64,000 nucleotides of DNA from Negaprion brevirostris. Taxonomy: Eukaryota. The stretch is taken from contig JARDVH010000106.1 in NCBI GenBank assembly GCA_030324005.1, forward strand, positions 54,251,894-54,315,893, given 5' to 3'. The notes under the pieces were generated by a model that worked only from the letters and a program-made list of their open reading frames with translations, was not told the DNA's origin and did no database searches. How positions within the stretch are numbered: position 1 is the stretch's first letter; each line of letters begins with the position of its first letter. Of this stretch, positions 62,469-64,000 are shown piece after piece. The position numbers were made by a program, and so were the translations under genes.

Positions 62469-64000
62469 AACAACTTTGCATGAGACTCTCTTGGTGGACA
62501 TGGAGCTTCATTGTTAAGTTGGTGGCCTCGCCATGTGGCAGTGGCTCTTGTCATGCACTGGCCAAATGCCGACAGCACTGAAAATGGCTTCTAATTGCAG
62601 CCTTGATTATGCAAATTGACAGCCCTTCTCAATACAGAATGTTGCAGCGATGGGATAGATGCTCTGATGAGAATATTCATCAAGGGAACCTGACAAATTT
62701 TCAACCCCTCTGCCATTCACGGAATTGTAAAGTTTACTGGCTAATGTTTAGTTAGGAGAGAATAATACCTAAATTTGGCTAATTGAACTGGCTTCTGTCA
62801 AGAATTCAAATTGCATTAACATTTGCTCCACTGTTCTCCCATCAGGGTTCAAACGAGCTGAGAGAATGAATGACCCTTAAGTGTCAATTATCAAAGATCC
62901 CTGACATCAAAGCTATGAATTAACAATTCTCAATTAACTTCAGAATCGTAATCAGTAGCACCTAAGCTTAAATGGTGAATAATTAGTAGATAGGGTTACT
63001 TGAAGGAACAAAGACAGTTCAGTTGTTTTAAAGGATTTCAACTTCATTTGTGATCTGCACATAAATTTACAGCTAAGATCAATGTCTAAGATTAATAGAA
63101 ATTGGTGAGATGAATTCAGAATTAAAGCCTATGGACAGATGACAATTTAACAACATTATATCATCTATTAAATAATTTTAATCCATATGCTTTTGGTTAG
63201 CAATGTTTCCAAAATGACCTTGTCCTTGTTAAATGGAATGCTTGAATAGGTTGCCTCACCTTCCTCTGGGAGGATGATGCTAGCCTTCTGAGACTACAGT
63301 GATAAACTTCTACCTGTAAAAATCCTATTTATTCTCCTGGATTCTCTGCTTCGAGGTAAATGTACCTTTCTAGCCTAGCTGCCTTTATTCTCACCTCCCT
63401 TGAATTCAGGGAAACTTCTAAATCCAAGTGACACATTTATATCTGACCATGTGTTTACATAACTGTGTAATCTTAATTTCTATAATGGTCTTTGCAAGGT
63501 AATGCAATGTGAAATGCGATATCTAATCATAGCTGATTTGTCTTCAGTACCTTTAAGACATGATATGATGCATGAGATAGTGTTGAGTCACGGGGTGAAT
63601 TTTTCAGGTGTATTTGAAGATGAAGTCCTTTAAATAAAGCGGATAGCTTTCCCTGAGCCTACCCACCCGCCGCTAATCTGTGTCCCAAATTATGGACAGG
63701 GGGTAAGGTGTCTAATAGCTCGCCCACATCTAGGCCAATTAATGCTTTTTAGTGGACATTTAACTACCACTTATAGGCCTCATTGCACCTCCACTATCCT
63801 TTTCTGGTCCATGTGGGGAAGACAGATGCAAGAGGGACAGCTTTGTCAGTACAGGCTGCTGTCAAGCAGGAAGGAATAGTACCGCCTTTTGGGGAGAGTT
63901 CCCTGTTCCTATTACGAACACCCCCCAAAATGGTACCCCTCCTTTGTCTCTCCCCTCTCTAACCTGACTCCCACTCTGCACACCTTTCCCACCCCCTCCC

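Overview
Vertebrate, repeat-rich DNA with several assembly gaps. The repeat set (HE1-like V-SINEs, many CR1 LINEs, Penelope pLTR remnants, Harbinger-type MITEs) points to a cartilaginous fish; that assignment is an inference. No intact host gene is recognisable, and nearly all ORF-track entries are TE debris or chance. The main object is a pair of decayed, same-strand, R2-like restriction-like-endonuclease (RLE) retrotransposons at ~13.5-16.9 kb and ~18.9-23.1 kb. Copy 2 shows the R2-A architecture: CCHH/CCHC/CCHH zinc fingers, Myb, RT, CCHC knuckle and a KPD...D RLE. No 28S rDNA flanks their 3' ends. Both copies instead continue into the same ~515-bp trailer fused to a distinctively mutated tRNA-derived V-SINE. 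The copies have independent disabling mutations and mostly synonymous differences in a hand-aligned sample, so they look like members of a once-active family. That family either left 28S for a SINE-bearing target or captured a SINE as its 3' module. Both copies lie in a ~10.5-kb nest that splits a Ty3/Gypsy element between RNase H and integrase. Other observations include an intact minimal hammerhead core, V-SINEs with two different LINE-derived tails, a 26-bp microinversion and two solo-LTR-like inserts with TSDs. Most repeat boundaries are approximate (+/-10-30 bp).
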